Below, piece by piece: positions 27,301 through 40,100 of a stretch of DNA of 64,000 nt; the first letter of the stretch is position 1, and each line of letters opens with the position of its first letter. The translations under genes were made by a program, and so were the position numbers. The stretch covers positions 1,488,001-1,552,000 of the forward strand of contig MU058059.1 of the NCBI GenBank assembly GCA_013265495.1. The letters are read 5' to 3'. Below the pieces are notes generated by a model. The model did not search any database. It was not told where the DNA came from and was given only the letters and a program-made list of their open reading frames with translations. This DNA comes from Vicugna vicugna (taxonomy: Eukaryota).

Positions 27301-29232
27301 CCATGGGGGACACCGCCAGGGGCCCTTCTGTTGGGGTGAAAGGCGGTGCGACCTTCTGTGACTTCATTACATACACACAGGGTCTCAACTGAGGAAAGTA
27401 ACCTTCCACCTTTTAACTCTACAGTCTTCCCTTCTCTAAATGTATAAACTTCATAAACTTGGTAACTAAACTGTCATTTCTCCGTACAGGACAGACAAAC
27501 AATTTAATATGTATTTTCTGACAAAGTATTAAGCTGACGTTTCCTGTCCGCAGACAAGCAGTGCAGTCCTCACTGAACAACCGTGAAATGGACAGAACCC
27601 CCCAAAATGCAGCCAGACGCGGGTACAGATAGAGGCCGTCACGTCAGAGCACGACCTGCGGCTACTGTGTCTGCACAAAGGCATCGCATTTTGTCATTCT
27701 CAGGTCATCCTCCAACATCTGAAAGCGTTCACAGTGTCACCGAATTCTTAAGACAGAAAAGTTGAGATTTTAAAACAATGACATTAAGAATAGCTGTTTT
27801 AGAATGAAAAAAAAAGTGCATAGAACAGAGGCTGGGGAAGATTTATGAGTCCTTCTACATAAAACTGATCGCTGGTAAGTTCATGATGCAAGAGAAGTGA
27901 TATTCATAGGTTCCAAAATATCCCAAAGCAAAGTTATAAATATAACTTTAAATGGGTGTCTGATTTCATATGTCCCCCCCAAAGAATATTCCCAGAAAGA
28001 AAATCTAGTTGAATAGATTGTGCTGTGACATTAATATACTGGTGAACACAGAGGTTTGCTTCATGCCCAAGGGAGCCGGGAAGCCGTCAGAATGCTGGAT
28101 TTCCTACCATAGTTTGCCTGTCTTTTTCCAAAAGGTTCAAGAATGTTAAATTATTGTTTTTTGAAGGAAATTCATGAATTAACTGTATCCCTGTAACAAC
28201 GGAAGATCTCATTCCATTTGAGCCAAAGAAACTACTATCTGTGGAGCAAATCTCTGCACTAAACAGAGATGAGGTGGCAGTAAGGGGCGGCGAGGTGGCT
28301 AACAAAGCCCCAGCCAGGCTGAGGCACCGTCCCCCGAGGCCCAGGACAGCAGGCCCAGGCCGGGAGGGAGGCTCACCCAGAGCGGCTGAGAGGACCAGAG
28401 CCCTGGTGCATCCCGCCTGGAGTTCATCCCTCCCATAAAGGTCCTGAAACGCCATCAAGACTTACTCTTCAAGTACATACCCAGAACACCCCTCGGGCTC
28501 CAGTACATTATGGACTGTTTTCATTTCCAAACTCAGGTGAAACAGTCAGTGGGAAGGCCGGGCAAACAGGTGCCCAGAAGCCCCACGCCACTGCCAGTTT
28601 AGCCTCGTCCAAGTTAAACTCTCATACGAGGCCAAGCCCTTGGCCAAGGGGCCCTTCCTGGAAAACGAGTGCCCTCCTGCAGGGAGCAGGTGCCCCTCCA
28701 CATCCACCATCAGGGCACTGCCTCCTCCCGGGTGGGCTCCGTCCTGGTCCAGCAGAGGCAGCGTCACCCCTCGGCCTCTTTGAATCAGACACACGAGTGG
28801 AGCCTTCTCTGCAGAGGGGACACAGGACGATCACTCCCACACCCGACGCTGCCTGTCCCAGGGCAGGACATTCTTGGATAAGGCGCCCTGCGGGCCAGGC
28901 TGCCACCAGGACACCCCCACCATGTCACGACATCTCTGGGAATGCAGGCGAGGCTCGCAGCGGACCCCAGGCTGCCCCTCAACAGCGGCCATGAGCTCCA
29001 CTTACAGAACAAGATGAGTTCGTCCTGACCACAACCTGCAGGGCAGGTGACAGCATCATGTCCCACTTTACACAGGAGCCGAGCTACGCGGTTCACAGAA
29101 CTGGTCACTGGCTAGTAAGCAGTGAAAGCAGAATTCAAATCCAAGCTCTGGGAGCAACACAGAGGAAGGATTTGGTTGGAAAAACTGTTTCTTGAGCTGC
29201 CCAAGGATGCTATATCAGCAAAGTTCCCCTAG

Positions 29233-29408
29233 ACACACACACACACACATAAATACAAAGACTCACAAACACATATACATACACAAACATAAATACACGT
29301 ACACAAACACACATACATACCAGAGGCAAGCACACATACACTCACACATACAAACACACATACCAGAGGTATGCACACATACACATACGTACACACACGC
29401 ACACACAC
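29233..29408. repeat. Degenerate (CA)n/(CATA)n low-complexity tract
   Basis: Directly visible; explains the His/Thr- and Cys/Val-rich spurious ORFs. Confidence 0.9.
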
Positions 29409-30067
29409 CCATGGAGACCACAGGCCTGCCTCCCTCAGGGCGGGCAGCGTGACCTCCCCTCCCCCCACCTCAGCTCCCTGCAGCCCCAGCCCACCTGCCA
29501 ACTGCTTTGTGTTGCTCTTTGGTGACCAGGAGTGAGGTACTTACTTGATACATATTTTTATCCGACGTCACCAGCGCAGTATGTGAGGTCCAAATGTGGG
29601 AGAGAAACACCAAGCCACTTTTGCTCAGGCCACAGCCAACACATTCCCCTCCCGGTCACCCCCCAGAGAAGCAGAAGCAGAACAGCCTGGCCACCCACCG
29701 GGTTACCTGTTCAGCTACAAGCAGCAGGTGTCAGAGACTGAGAGCCCTACACACAATCAGTGTGATCACCACCCTCCAAGAACCCTTCCTTCCAAGCACT
29801 TTACAGGTCAACCTCGAGGAATAAGTTTTATTATTCCCACTTTTCAGGTGAGAAGACTGAGGTATAGAGAGATTGACTTCCTCAAAGCCACAAAAGTACT
29901 ATACCTCATAGTCCCTGACTTCAGGGGCTTATAACCCAGTTATGGAAACAGGATCAATTCACTTAAAACAACTGACAAACAAAAGTGTAACAGAAAGTTC
30001 AGTGCAGCACATGGACAAGCCCTGCAGTGGTCCAGGGAGTGGATGGAGCAGGGCTACGACTCTACGC

Positions 30068-30238
30068 GGGCAGTGGTCCTCAACAGGACAACTGTGTCCC
30101 AGGGGACGGGAGCGGGGGTGCTACTGGGTGGAGGCAGGGATGCTGCTAACATCTGACAAAGCACAGGGCAACCTCCCACGACAAAGAACTGCCTGGCCTC
30201 AAGTGTCCACAGAGCCAAGGTGTAGACGCTCCAAACTA
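30068..30238. mobile_element. MER20-like hAT MITE
   Basis: cagtggtcctcaac...gtgctactgggtggaggcagggatgctgctaacatc...acaaagaactgcctggcctcaagtgtc. Confidence 0.8.
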
Positions 30239-31284
30239 GCAGCACGAAGGGCACTTAGGCGGGGTGATTCCAGGCCAGGGGGTAACAGAGCCATGGCTCA
30301 GACACAGGAAAGAGCTCACTCCACAGGAAACAATATATCGTGGGGACTTGAGGAATTACCATTGCTTAGGATGGCTTCTTGGAGGGCTCTGAAAGCCAAG
30401 CAGAGGAGTTACAGCCTGATTTGGCAGGAAATGGGAATAGGTAATAGACTCATGATGACATTCACAGGATGAGAACCAGGGTCAGGGTGGCCCAGAGCCC
30501 GGTGAGAAGGGCTCATACAGCAGCCCGGGGTAAAGTGACAAGAGGGATCTGAGCAGAGAGGAGAGAACATAGCAAAATACGCTAGAAGGGAAGGACCCAG
30601 CTCACTGTGGACACAGGGGTGCAGGTCAAGGTTCTTCCTGTCCCACCTCTCACCTGTGCACCCAGCGTGGCGCCCAGGACCGTGCCCAGCAGAGAGATGC
30701 GTAAATGTCTGATCCATGCACGTCACAGGGAAGTTGGGTTAAAGGAGAAGTGTAACAGGAAAATGACAGAAGTGCCTCTAAATGAGATCTTCCTCCAGCA
30801 AGGGGAGGCCATGCTGGCTTTTCAGGCGACACCAGAGAGGGCTGGCCCATGTCTGTGGGCCTGCGCAGAGCTCGGGGCCCCAGGCAGGGCAGTGGATTCC
30901 AGCTCCCACCACAGGGGCCGGGGACGGACGACACCCACTACTAGCCAAAAGAGATGAAGTCCCCGAAGGTTAACTTCACGTGTGATGCTGAGGCTCGGGG
31001 GTGTGGGGACAAGAGGAGGGAAGACTGAGGGAGGTGACCGGTGCCTGCCTCCCACCGGCTCCCCAGGTGAGTCATCTGGGCTACGGCACTGCCCCCAACA
31101 AAACCCACCCTTCAGCTGTGTGACCGTGGACCGGGCCTTTCACTAAATGTCATGCTTATCATTCTTTTTTATAAAATAGAGACAAAGCACTTTGTACACA
31201 CAGAGCATTGTGCGCAGGCACATGAGCAGGAGAGACCCAGACACGTCAAGGAGAGCGCTGCCTGGTGCCTTTGCTAACTCAGAC

Positions 31285-31498
31285 CAGGGGTCAGCGAACT
31301 CGTCCTTTACAAGGCCACAGAGTACACACTGAGGCTTTGAGGGCCACGCAGTCCTGCTGCAACCACTCTGCTGATGCTGTGTGAACGGAGCCACAGACAA
31401 CAGGTACACAGGTGGGCATGGCTGGGATCCAATAAAAATATTTACAAAAACAGGCGGTGGGTCAGAGCTGGTCAAGGAGCGCAGTCTGCCAACCCCTG
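31285..31498. mobile_element. MER58A-like hAT-Charlie MITE
   Basis: Terminal inverted repeats caggggtcagcgaac / gtctgccaacccctg, internal ggcatggctgggatccaataaaa...tttacaaaaacaggc. Confidence 0.88.
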
Positions 31499-33194
31499 GC
31501 TTACATGTTTCTGTGAGCAGACTGACCAGAAAACAAACTATCAGAGCACTTGGCAGGTGTACGTGAAGAGCACCCAGCGGCAAAGAACCAGGTGGCCATG
31601 AGGATGCTCAGGCCCGAGGGCAGCGCAGCCTCTGTCAGAAATGAGGGGCACACCCAGGAAACGCAAGCAGAAGGCACTCCACAAGCTAAGGAGCGCTAAC
31701 CCTGCCCAGCAAATAACCCTCTGAAATTTCACCCCGACTATGGCGGATTCCATCACTCTCCAAAGCGTTCTGGCTTGTGTATTAAAATACACAATCACCC
31801 TAGTTATAAACCAATGGATGAATGTACCATTTTATTGCATATATATAAATTGCTTCAATTTTTTGTTTGTGATTTTTTCTTAAAAAAATGGAAAGTGGTC
31901 TGACTTCCCTTCTTTCACTTAAAAACTCTTCTGTGCTAAGAATTTAACCCACTATAATTACATCTTGCAAATAATGGGAAAGAGATTTTAAATTCAGTGT
32001 CCTCCTGCCACAAAACAGAAGGCTCAGTAAGGGCTTTATTGTTACAGAGCATATTTATATATGCACTATTTTTCCTTTTAGGAAACCATCATCTAAAACT
32101 GGAAATGATGCAAAATCCCCTACATTTGATTACATTTTGTGCTAAGATTTAAACATGGTCCCTTCACCCACAATACTGTGGAGAAAAAATCCTTGAAGAG
32201 AAATAATGAAGCCACACCAGGAAGATGTGACTTTGTAGATTCCGGGATGCTGTCCAGGTTCCAAATCTCTGTCTCTGCAGCCCCCTCCCTGCTGGGAATT
32301 GGACAGCCTGTTTCATATGCAGCAAAGAAATAACCTGAACAGAGTGGTCCTTTATAAGCCTTCCCAATGGGCAACCAAAACGTTTCCCCTTTCAGCAGCT
32401 TTCTGCACCCCCTCCTCCAGCCTTAGCAGAGTGAGATCCTTCTGTCAGCTCCTTACACAGAAACCAGGCAGTCACTGGACTCAGTGTCCCTGACAGGACA
32501 TAGGTCCCCCTCCAGTCTGCACACTGCACGGTCAGCATCAGTTCCACCAAACCCCACATCCTTCCACCTGCCCCACAACCCACTCCCCACACACAACCAG
32601 AGCTGAAGACGCGATAGAGTGAAAGAAGTCCCCCTACCCAAAACCATGGTAATTCCTGCCATACAGAAGGAACCAACCCAGTGTCGGCGGAGCGAGCACT
32701 CAGTTAACAGCTGAGTCACTGTACAAAACACATCTTCACAGGGGGCACGGGAAAACCCCAGAGAGCGCAGAGGGAATTACAGCGCAGGGCCCGGTTCACA
32801 AACTGCTTCAGATGTGCCCAAGCGTCAAGCGACTCAATAAAAAAATACACCCACTCCACCATTTCTACAGACTGAAATATTTTTTTAAATAAACTTGAAA
32901 GTAATAGACTAATCAAAGCAGAAACTGTGTGTGTCCGTTTTCCTAGGTGACAGACAAAGCTAAACTATTTTCTTCTTTAAAGGAAGGTCTTAGAAATTCA
33001 CAGCAGAAACAAAAATGTGTCTAAAAGGGGGATTTTTTAAATTGATCTAATCTTTTGTTTTCCACGTGTATCAGTGGTCTCCCAAAGCATGAAAGTAGAA
33101 CCAAAGCCCTACCTGGTCTCCCCATTTACCCCGTGAACACACGCCAGGTGCACGAGGCCTCCTCTCACCCTCCAGCTTTGTCTGCACCCAGCAT

Positions 33195-33390
33195 GTCTGG
33201 GTGTAAATCCAGCTCCACCACCTAAGAGCCCCGTGACTATGGCAAGTTAGTCATTCTGTGTGCAGGTCCATGACGTGCAAAATGCTAGTAATCACGGCAC
33301 AGGTCACGCGCAGAGCTGTCATGAGGATTAAACGGGTCAATATTGGTAAACGTCTTAGAACAAAGCCTGGCACGCAGGTGTCTGTTAAAC
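33195..33390 (+). mobile_element. MIR SINE
   Basis: ctgggtgtaaatccagctccaccac...ggcaagtta...gaggattaaa...cttagaacaaagcctggcac. Confidence 0.8.
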
Positions 33391-33438
33391 AGTTACGAAG
33401 AAGCTACAAAATAAAATCCCTCACAACATCCCCCCTTT
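33378..33438 (-). other. MIR4317: Diverged ortholog of the human MIR4317 hairpin locus (probably not a functional miRNA here)
   Basis: gtgtctgttaaacagttacgaagaagctacaaaataaaatccctcacaacatccccccttt resembles the reverse complement of the recalled human MIR4317 precursor, which lies in L3MBTL4 intron 1. The mature/seed part differs. Confidence 0.55.
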
Positions 33439-34574
33439 AGACAAAAGGCAGGGCTGACGCCTGCTTATTTGCAAAATCCTTACTTTTGTGTAGGGTGGTG
33501 CCTACCACGTGGCATCAGCAAATGCGTGCAGGACAGGTAGATGCAAGAAGCTGAACAAGCACAGAAGCCAGCCAGCTCTTCCACGATTCTGTCTAAAATT
33601 CAAACAGCTGATCAAATTCACATGACCGGGGCAGTGAAGCAGGGGCTGAGTGCTGCGCCACCACGAGGTGACACTTCCCCCACTAACATTCACTCCGGGG
33701 GAGTATAATCACAATTAAACACTGTAAAAAATCGAAATGTGACTATTATCTTGGCTCCACAACAGCTAAATACATTATCATCACGTGGGTATTCTGTAAT
33801 CAGTTTTCCTTCTGATTATTATTATAATTTAACGCCCAGGGATACCATCTGCGATAAAGCAGCAGAAAAGAACAAGGCATCGTACAATTACCTCTTTCCC
33901 AAGGACTCATGACAAATGTAGTAAGCAGAGCAAGACCAGGGCTTGAACCCAAGTACTTCTGCTACTACAACCGGCACAGTCGTAAAATATGTTAATATTT
34001 TTTTCTTTATTTGGGTTAAAAAAAATCTGATCCATATTAAGAAGCATACAATTTTGATGTTATACTAAATGAAGATGGCTCGAATTCTGACACTGAATTT
34101 TTGATGTCTAAGTATTAACTAATGAGAAAGGATCTCCCAAATGAAGATTCAAGCAGAGCCTCCCTTTTCTTAAGATTACTAAATTGTATGAATGACATTA
34201 AAAGAATTGTGTAAACAATCACTGTGCAGCCTTGAGGCACCCATCATGCAAACTGGTTTGGCCTGCCACACTCCCCTAGAGAAATCCTTGACTGCACAGC
34301 GGCTGATGACTCGGACCAGGAGCTGGATGGCACAGCCCTGAGCCAGGTGACACTGGTGGGGAACAGAGCAGCCACTCTGCAGCCCAGACACCCTGCACCT
34401 GGTCTGCACCACCCACCTGGCCGGCCCTCACTGGCATCTCCTGTCCCACCCAGAAGGCGCCAAACTGCTCTCTACAAATAAGGCTCAGACAGTGTGGATT
34501 TCCTGCTCATGCTTCAGCCAACATCAGGATGCAGCCCGTGAGCAAGGGTGAAAACCACTCCTGTGTCAAAAGCA

Positions 34575-36450
34575 AGATGAACCCAGACACCCACACCAAG
34601 ACATATTTTAATTAAATATCAAAAGTTAAAGATAATGAGAGAATCTTAAGAGCAGCGCATGCACACACACACACACACATACACACAGTTATGTACAAGG
34701 AAACTGCCATGAGACTATCAGCTGGTTTTTCAGCAGAAAATCCACAAGAGACTGAAACAATATATTCAAAGTACCAAAAGGAAAAAACTTACAACCAAGA
34801 ACACTATCCAGCAAGTTTATCATTCAAAATTGAAGGGGAGATAGAGTTTCTCAGACAAGTAAAAGCTAAAGTACTTCACCATCATCAAACCAGCCTTGCA
34901 AGAAATGTTAAAGGGATTTCCTTAAAAAGTCCATAACCAGAAACAATTATTAAAGAAAAACTCACTGGCAAAGGCAAATACATAGTAAAGGCAGTGGATA
35001 AACCATCTATAAAGCTGGTATGAAAGTTAGAAGTAGCAAAATGACCTATATTTAAAATAATTACTTAAGCAACACACAAAACACAAAAATGCAAAATATG
35101 ATGTCAAAAACACAAAACATGAAAGAGGGGAGTGAAAGTGGAGTGCTTTTAGAATGCACTCAAACGTAAGCACCCATCAGTATAAAACACACTGCTACAT
35201 ATCTAGGTTGTTACATACGAACTTTGTGGTAACCATAAGCCAAAAATCAGTAACATATACCCAAAAAAGAGCATAATTACAAAAATCACAGTAAAGAGTG
35301 CCATCAAATCACAAGTGAAGAGAACAAGAAGAAAGGAATAGAGAAGAATGACAATAAAAGAAAGAAACCAATTAACAAAATGACAATAAGTACATACCTG
35401 TCAATAATTACTTTAAATGTAAACGGACTAAGTGCTCTAAAGACACAGGATGGCTGAATGGGTAAGAAAAACAAAACCCATATACCTGCTGCCTACGAGA
35501 GACTCACTTCAGATCTAAAGAGAGACAGACTGAAAGTGAAAGGATGGAAACAGATATTCCATGCAAATGAAAACAAAAAGGCTGGGTGGCAATACTAACA
35601 TCAGACAAAACAGACTTTAAAACAAAGACTGTAACAAGAGACAAGGATATTACATAATGATAAAAGGATCAATCCAACAAGAGAATGTAACATTTGTGAT
35701 TATTCGTCTATGCACCCAGCATAGGGGCACCTGAATACATAGGGCAAATATTAACAAATATAAAGGCAGATATTGCCAGTAATACAATGAGAGCAGGGAA
35801 CTTGGACATCCCACTTACATCAATGGATAGACCACCCAAGCAAAAATCAGTTAAGGAAACGCTGGCTTAAATGTAACACATTAGACCAGATAAACTTAAC
35901 AGATAAATACAGAACACTACCCAAAAAGAGCATAATACAACACATTCTTTTCAAGTGCACATGGAACATTCTCCAGGGGAGATCACATGTTAGGCCACAA
36001 AGCAAGTCTCAATAAATACACACACCCACACACAGTGGAATATTACTTAGCCATAAAAAAGAATGATATTTCACCATTTGTGTCACTATGAATGGATCTA
36101 GAGGATATTATACTTAGTGAAACAAATCAGAGAAAGCCAAACAGTATAATTTCACTTATTTGTGGATTCTAAAATACAAAAACAAAACAAAACAGAAACA
36201 GACTCACAGATTCAGGAAACAAGCCAGCAGTTGCCAGAGGGGAGGTGGGTGAGGGATTGAGCAAAATAGGTGAAGAAGGTTTACAGGTACAAACTTCCAA
36301 TTATAAAACAAGTAAGCCATGGGGATGCAATGTACAGCACAAGGACTATACTAAATAATATCAGAATAACTCTGAATGGTGACAGACGATTACATGTTGC
36401 ACACCTGAAACTAACATAATATTGTATGTCAACTATATTTCAATAAAAAA
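34575..36450 (+). mobile_element. Internally deleted L1: ORF1 C-terminus, spacer, ORF2 endonuclease, then 3' end
   Basis: ORF 34691 YKETAMRLSAGFSAE/YPASLSFKIEGEI (ORF1). ORF2 start MTISTYLSIITLNVNGL at 35380. Jump at ~36018 to cagtggaatattacttagccataaaaaagaat. A-tail at ~36445. Confidence 0.92.
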
Positions 36451-37046
36451 GAAAAATAAAACAATACACAGATACATACAACCCAGGAAATTCCACACAC
36501 ACAATTTTACGTAATTCGATTTCTGACTTCGACTGGGGCGAGGAGGGGAGAAAGGAACAGCAGGCCTGGCAACAAAGGACTCAGACTCCCAAAGGCACCA
36601 ACGCATCACACAGACACAGGTGTGCACCAGGGCACCACAAGTACATGACTCCCTCCCATCTTCAACCCAGGCCACTTCACCTACTCAACTGACCTACCTG
36701 CCCTAAGGTTCCTGATCCCTGAAGCGTGCCTTAAGGAACCCTTGAGAGGACCCCAATGTCTGTTCAATAATCAGTTGCTTTTTACTTGTGGGTTAAAGAT
36801 ATGTTTCAGTAACACCTGGGGGCTGGATCTTCTTCACTTAACACTGGTTTCTATCCTACTCTTCCTATTTGTCTTTAATCTGGCTAGATCTAAATGTGGC
36901 CACATGAAACCTCCTTATTTGTTAATTACACTTAGATCTTTGAAAAGAAAAAGGAAATAGTGCCACCTAACTGTATAAGTGGCTTTCTTATTAAGGGTTT
37001 TCTTGCCACATGTTAATTATCAGCCATAGATCATTTATTTCTTACT

Positions 37047-37189
37047 GTATTATTTTTTAATTCTTTTTTGTTTGGGGGGATGAGGTAATTAGGTTTATTA
37101 ATTTTTTTAGAGGAGGTACTGGGAATTGAACCTATGACCTTGTGCATGTTAAGCATGCACTCTACCACTTGAGCTATGCCCTCTGCCCC
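37047..37189 (-). mobile_element. tRNA-Ala-derived camelid SINE (Vic-1-like)
   Basis: Reverse strand atagctcaagtggtagagtgcatgcttaacatgcacaaggtcataggttcaattccc + aataaacctaattacc. TSD tatttcttact at 37036-37046 and 37190-37200. Confidence 0.9.
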
Positions 37190-40100
37190 TATTTCTTACT
37201 CATTTTTATCTTAACTGACTGGATCTAATTTATCAAAGCAAGTTCAGCAGTTGCCATATTCTCAAAAGCTAACGAGATGTCAAGTTTCACTGTTCTTACA
37301 TCTTAGAAAATAACAAACTCTGACTCTTCTAGGTAATATAACTAATGGAGAATTAACACAGTAAATTTTATTCGGTTAACCTTAAAACCTTTTGTATGAA
37401 TTTTCTTTATATGACGCACTGAAATATTCAGAATATTAATCATTTTAGTTTCCTCACATAACCATTTCTTCTATTACAGAAATTCTCAATAGCTGATGAC
37501 CTGTAAAACATAATGTTTTACCCAATTAGAAAAAATTTTAATAAGAACAAAGATATCTCAAATACTCTGGCTTGGAATTAACTGCCACTAATAACTCTTG
37601 ACCTTGAGAAATCACTGTAACAAAATCAGCACGTGTTTTTAAAAAGTAGTAACTGAAATTCATATGGATATGTTCTAAAATTACTAAGTACTGTGGCAAT
37701 ACCAAATAAATTTCAAAAATATACTTTACATAGTGCTAACAAGAAATATGGGGGAACACTAAGTTAGGATGTTCTGCATCTGACCTTGAAAAGTTCTTTT
37801 CTGTTAAGTCTACCAAAAAATATGCTATTGATAAACCTTACAATACAAAGACAGTGAGCCTTAAACAGCTTAATACATCTATTTTCCTCTGGCTCCTTTA
37901 CATATGAAGTTGATAAACCATTGAATGCATTTGCCCCAGGGTTCCCACACTCAGCCTATAGGTACAGAGTGAAACAAAAGACAAAAGTGACAGAAAGGCC
38001 AGAGACGATATCAAAGAAGCATGACTGTAAAAACCTGTGGGTCTGATCTGTGTAAACTGCTTGGGAAGCTGATCAAAAGCTCTGCAATTATGATAATCAA
38101 GAAAATGGACTAATGTTCACCCTCACGTCAATACACAGCTCCTGAGAACTGTTGAGCCAGATGGACAGGTCCTGAGAGACACCAGCCTCGGTGCTCCATC
38201 GTCCCTGCAGACAGAGGCCAAACCCAGCGGCCCACCCTGCCTCAGAGCCCGTGTCTCCTGCCACCCTCTCTGCTGAGGGTCAGAGAGAAGACTCACAATG
38301 TGCCCTCCATCTGCCCTCTGGACTAGGATGCGATTTTAAGTTACCTGATGCGTTGGCCAACTCTCTCCTCCAGCTTGTGCCATTAGAAAAAGACCTCATA
38401 AAACCACATTCCCTACCCTTTAAGCACAACTTCACATTATATCTGACTCTAACCATACCGTGCAACAAACTGAACTTGAAAAGAGCATGTCTTTACATCT
38501 TCACAGACAGTAACAGCTACTAAGTCAATAGCAAACCCCAAGTCGTCATGTACGAGTGTGAGCGTGAGGTGTGTGGCTGTGTAATATCGGTACATGGCAC
38601 CGATTTAACTTTTAGTGCCTCCAAGCTCCATTTACAGACATCACTCTATATTCATTTTATACATTTCTTTTCATTCTCTGAATTTTGACTAGTTTTCCAA
38701 CACCATTAAAACATTACTTTGTGGAAATTTATGTCCCTGTGGCTCCTTATGTCGTATTCAAGCTGTAAGAATGTACTGGAATCCAATCCCACCTCCACTC
38801 TCACCCCCAACCCCAAAACAAGCCCAGAACAACACCTGCACTGGGAAGAACACCGCTTCTAACATGCAGATGATGCGGGAGGAAAACCGGTGTGCACACA
38901 AGGACTAGAGTATTAGCCCACGTGAGGGTAAACCCCACACACTAAAACAAATTCGTTCTCAATTCCTATTTTTAAATTAAAAACATGAAACAGGGTACTT
39001 ACTGCAAAGGCGCTCACTTTTTAAAGGTGATAGTCCCACCTGAGAGTTGTATATGTATTCTATTTTATAAGCCAAATTTCTCGCATCCTCTCATACCTAG
39101 CAAGGCACTGAAACCACCAGCAGAGACACATGCTCCTGGTGACCAGCAGCAGCCGCCAGGGAGGTGTGTGCCTGAGTGCACGTGGCCCCTCCGCCAGAAT
39201 CACACACGTACTGACCTCCCCCTGCTCCTCAGAGCTCCCTGAGAGGCTGCCTCCTGGGCTATGGTCCTCATTTTGCCCCAAGGAAAACTTAGCTGTGCCT
39301 TTTTCTCTCAGTCGACCCAACGAAGTGCAGGAGGGGTCACGAGTCCCAGGGGGGTTGCTGGGTGTCCTCTAATGCACAGGACGGTCCCACAGGACAAAAA
39401 GTTACTTGCTAGGAGCAGACACTGAGAAAGTCTGGATTAGATTCCTTCCAAACTCCCTAAAGTTCAAGAAAACGCTGAGTCTCAGTTGCTAAATGTGAGA
39501 CAAGAGAAGCCTCTTCATAAGCCACCATGGACCTGTGGCAGTAGCTACAGCTGCTCTGAGCTGAAAGTTCTAGAAACCTGAAAGACACCTTACTTGGACA
39601 TAAATCCAGTTTAAAACCAGGCCCAGTGACCTCACACTGTGCAAATCGCGCTGGTGATTCAGGTCTGACTGCACTCAGCACAGCCTCCTTTCTTTTTTCT
39701 CTCTCCATTTACTCCGCAGCAATGGGCACTGTTCGTTCTGGACACAGATGAAAGCTGGTTCTGAAAAGACTGACAAGGATATTCTCCTCGTCCGCACAGT
39801 AAAAGAATAAAGTGACCCGAAAGATCACGAATGATCGACTGCAGTAGGGTGGGTGGGCGTCAAGTTCACACCAAACAGGAAGATGACAACAGCTGGGAGA
39901 GGATGCGTCCACTCTGCACACGGGGTCTGTCCCCAGCACAGACGCCACTGACAGCTGCTGAGTTACATGGGCTGCAGAAGCCGGCGCCAGACTTACCCTA
40001 TGACCTTCCTGAAAAGGACCAAGTATTTGTGGCATTCAATTAACAAAACAAATGAAACATACTCACTGCTCGACACAGACCTCTACCAACCTGGAAATCA

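Noticed and set aside
27311..27326. CTCF-like CCGCCAGGGGCCC
   Set aside because: One G short of the core spacing; weak without ChIP data.
28637..28650. Perfect 14-bp palindrome cccttggccaaggg
   Set aside because: A palindrome of this length is expected by chance in 64 kb.
28546..28794. KGLASYE peptide resembling an internal RNF17 motif
   Set aside because: Short match with no flanking similarity; chance.
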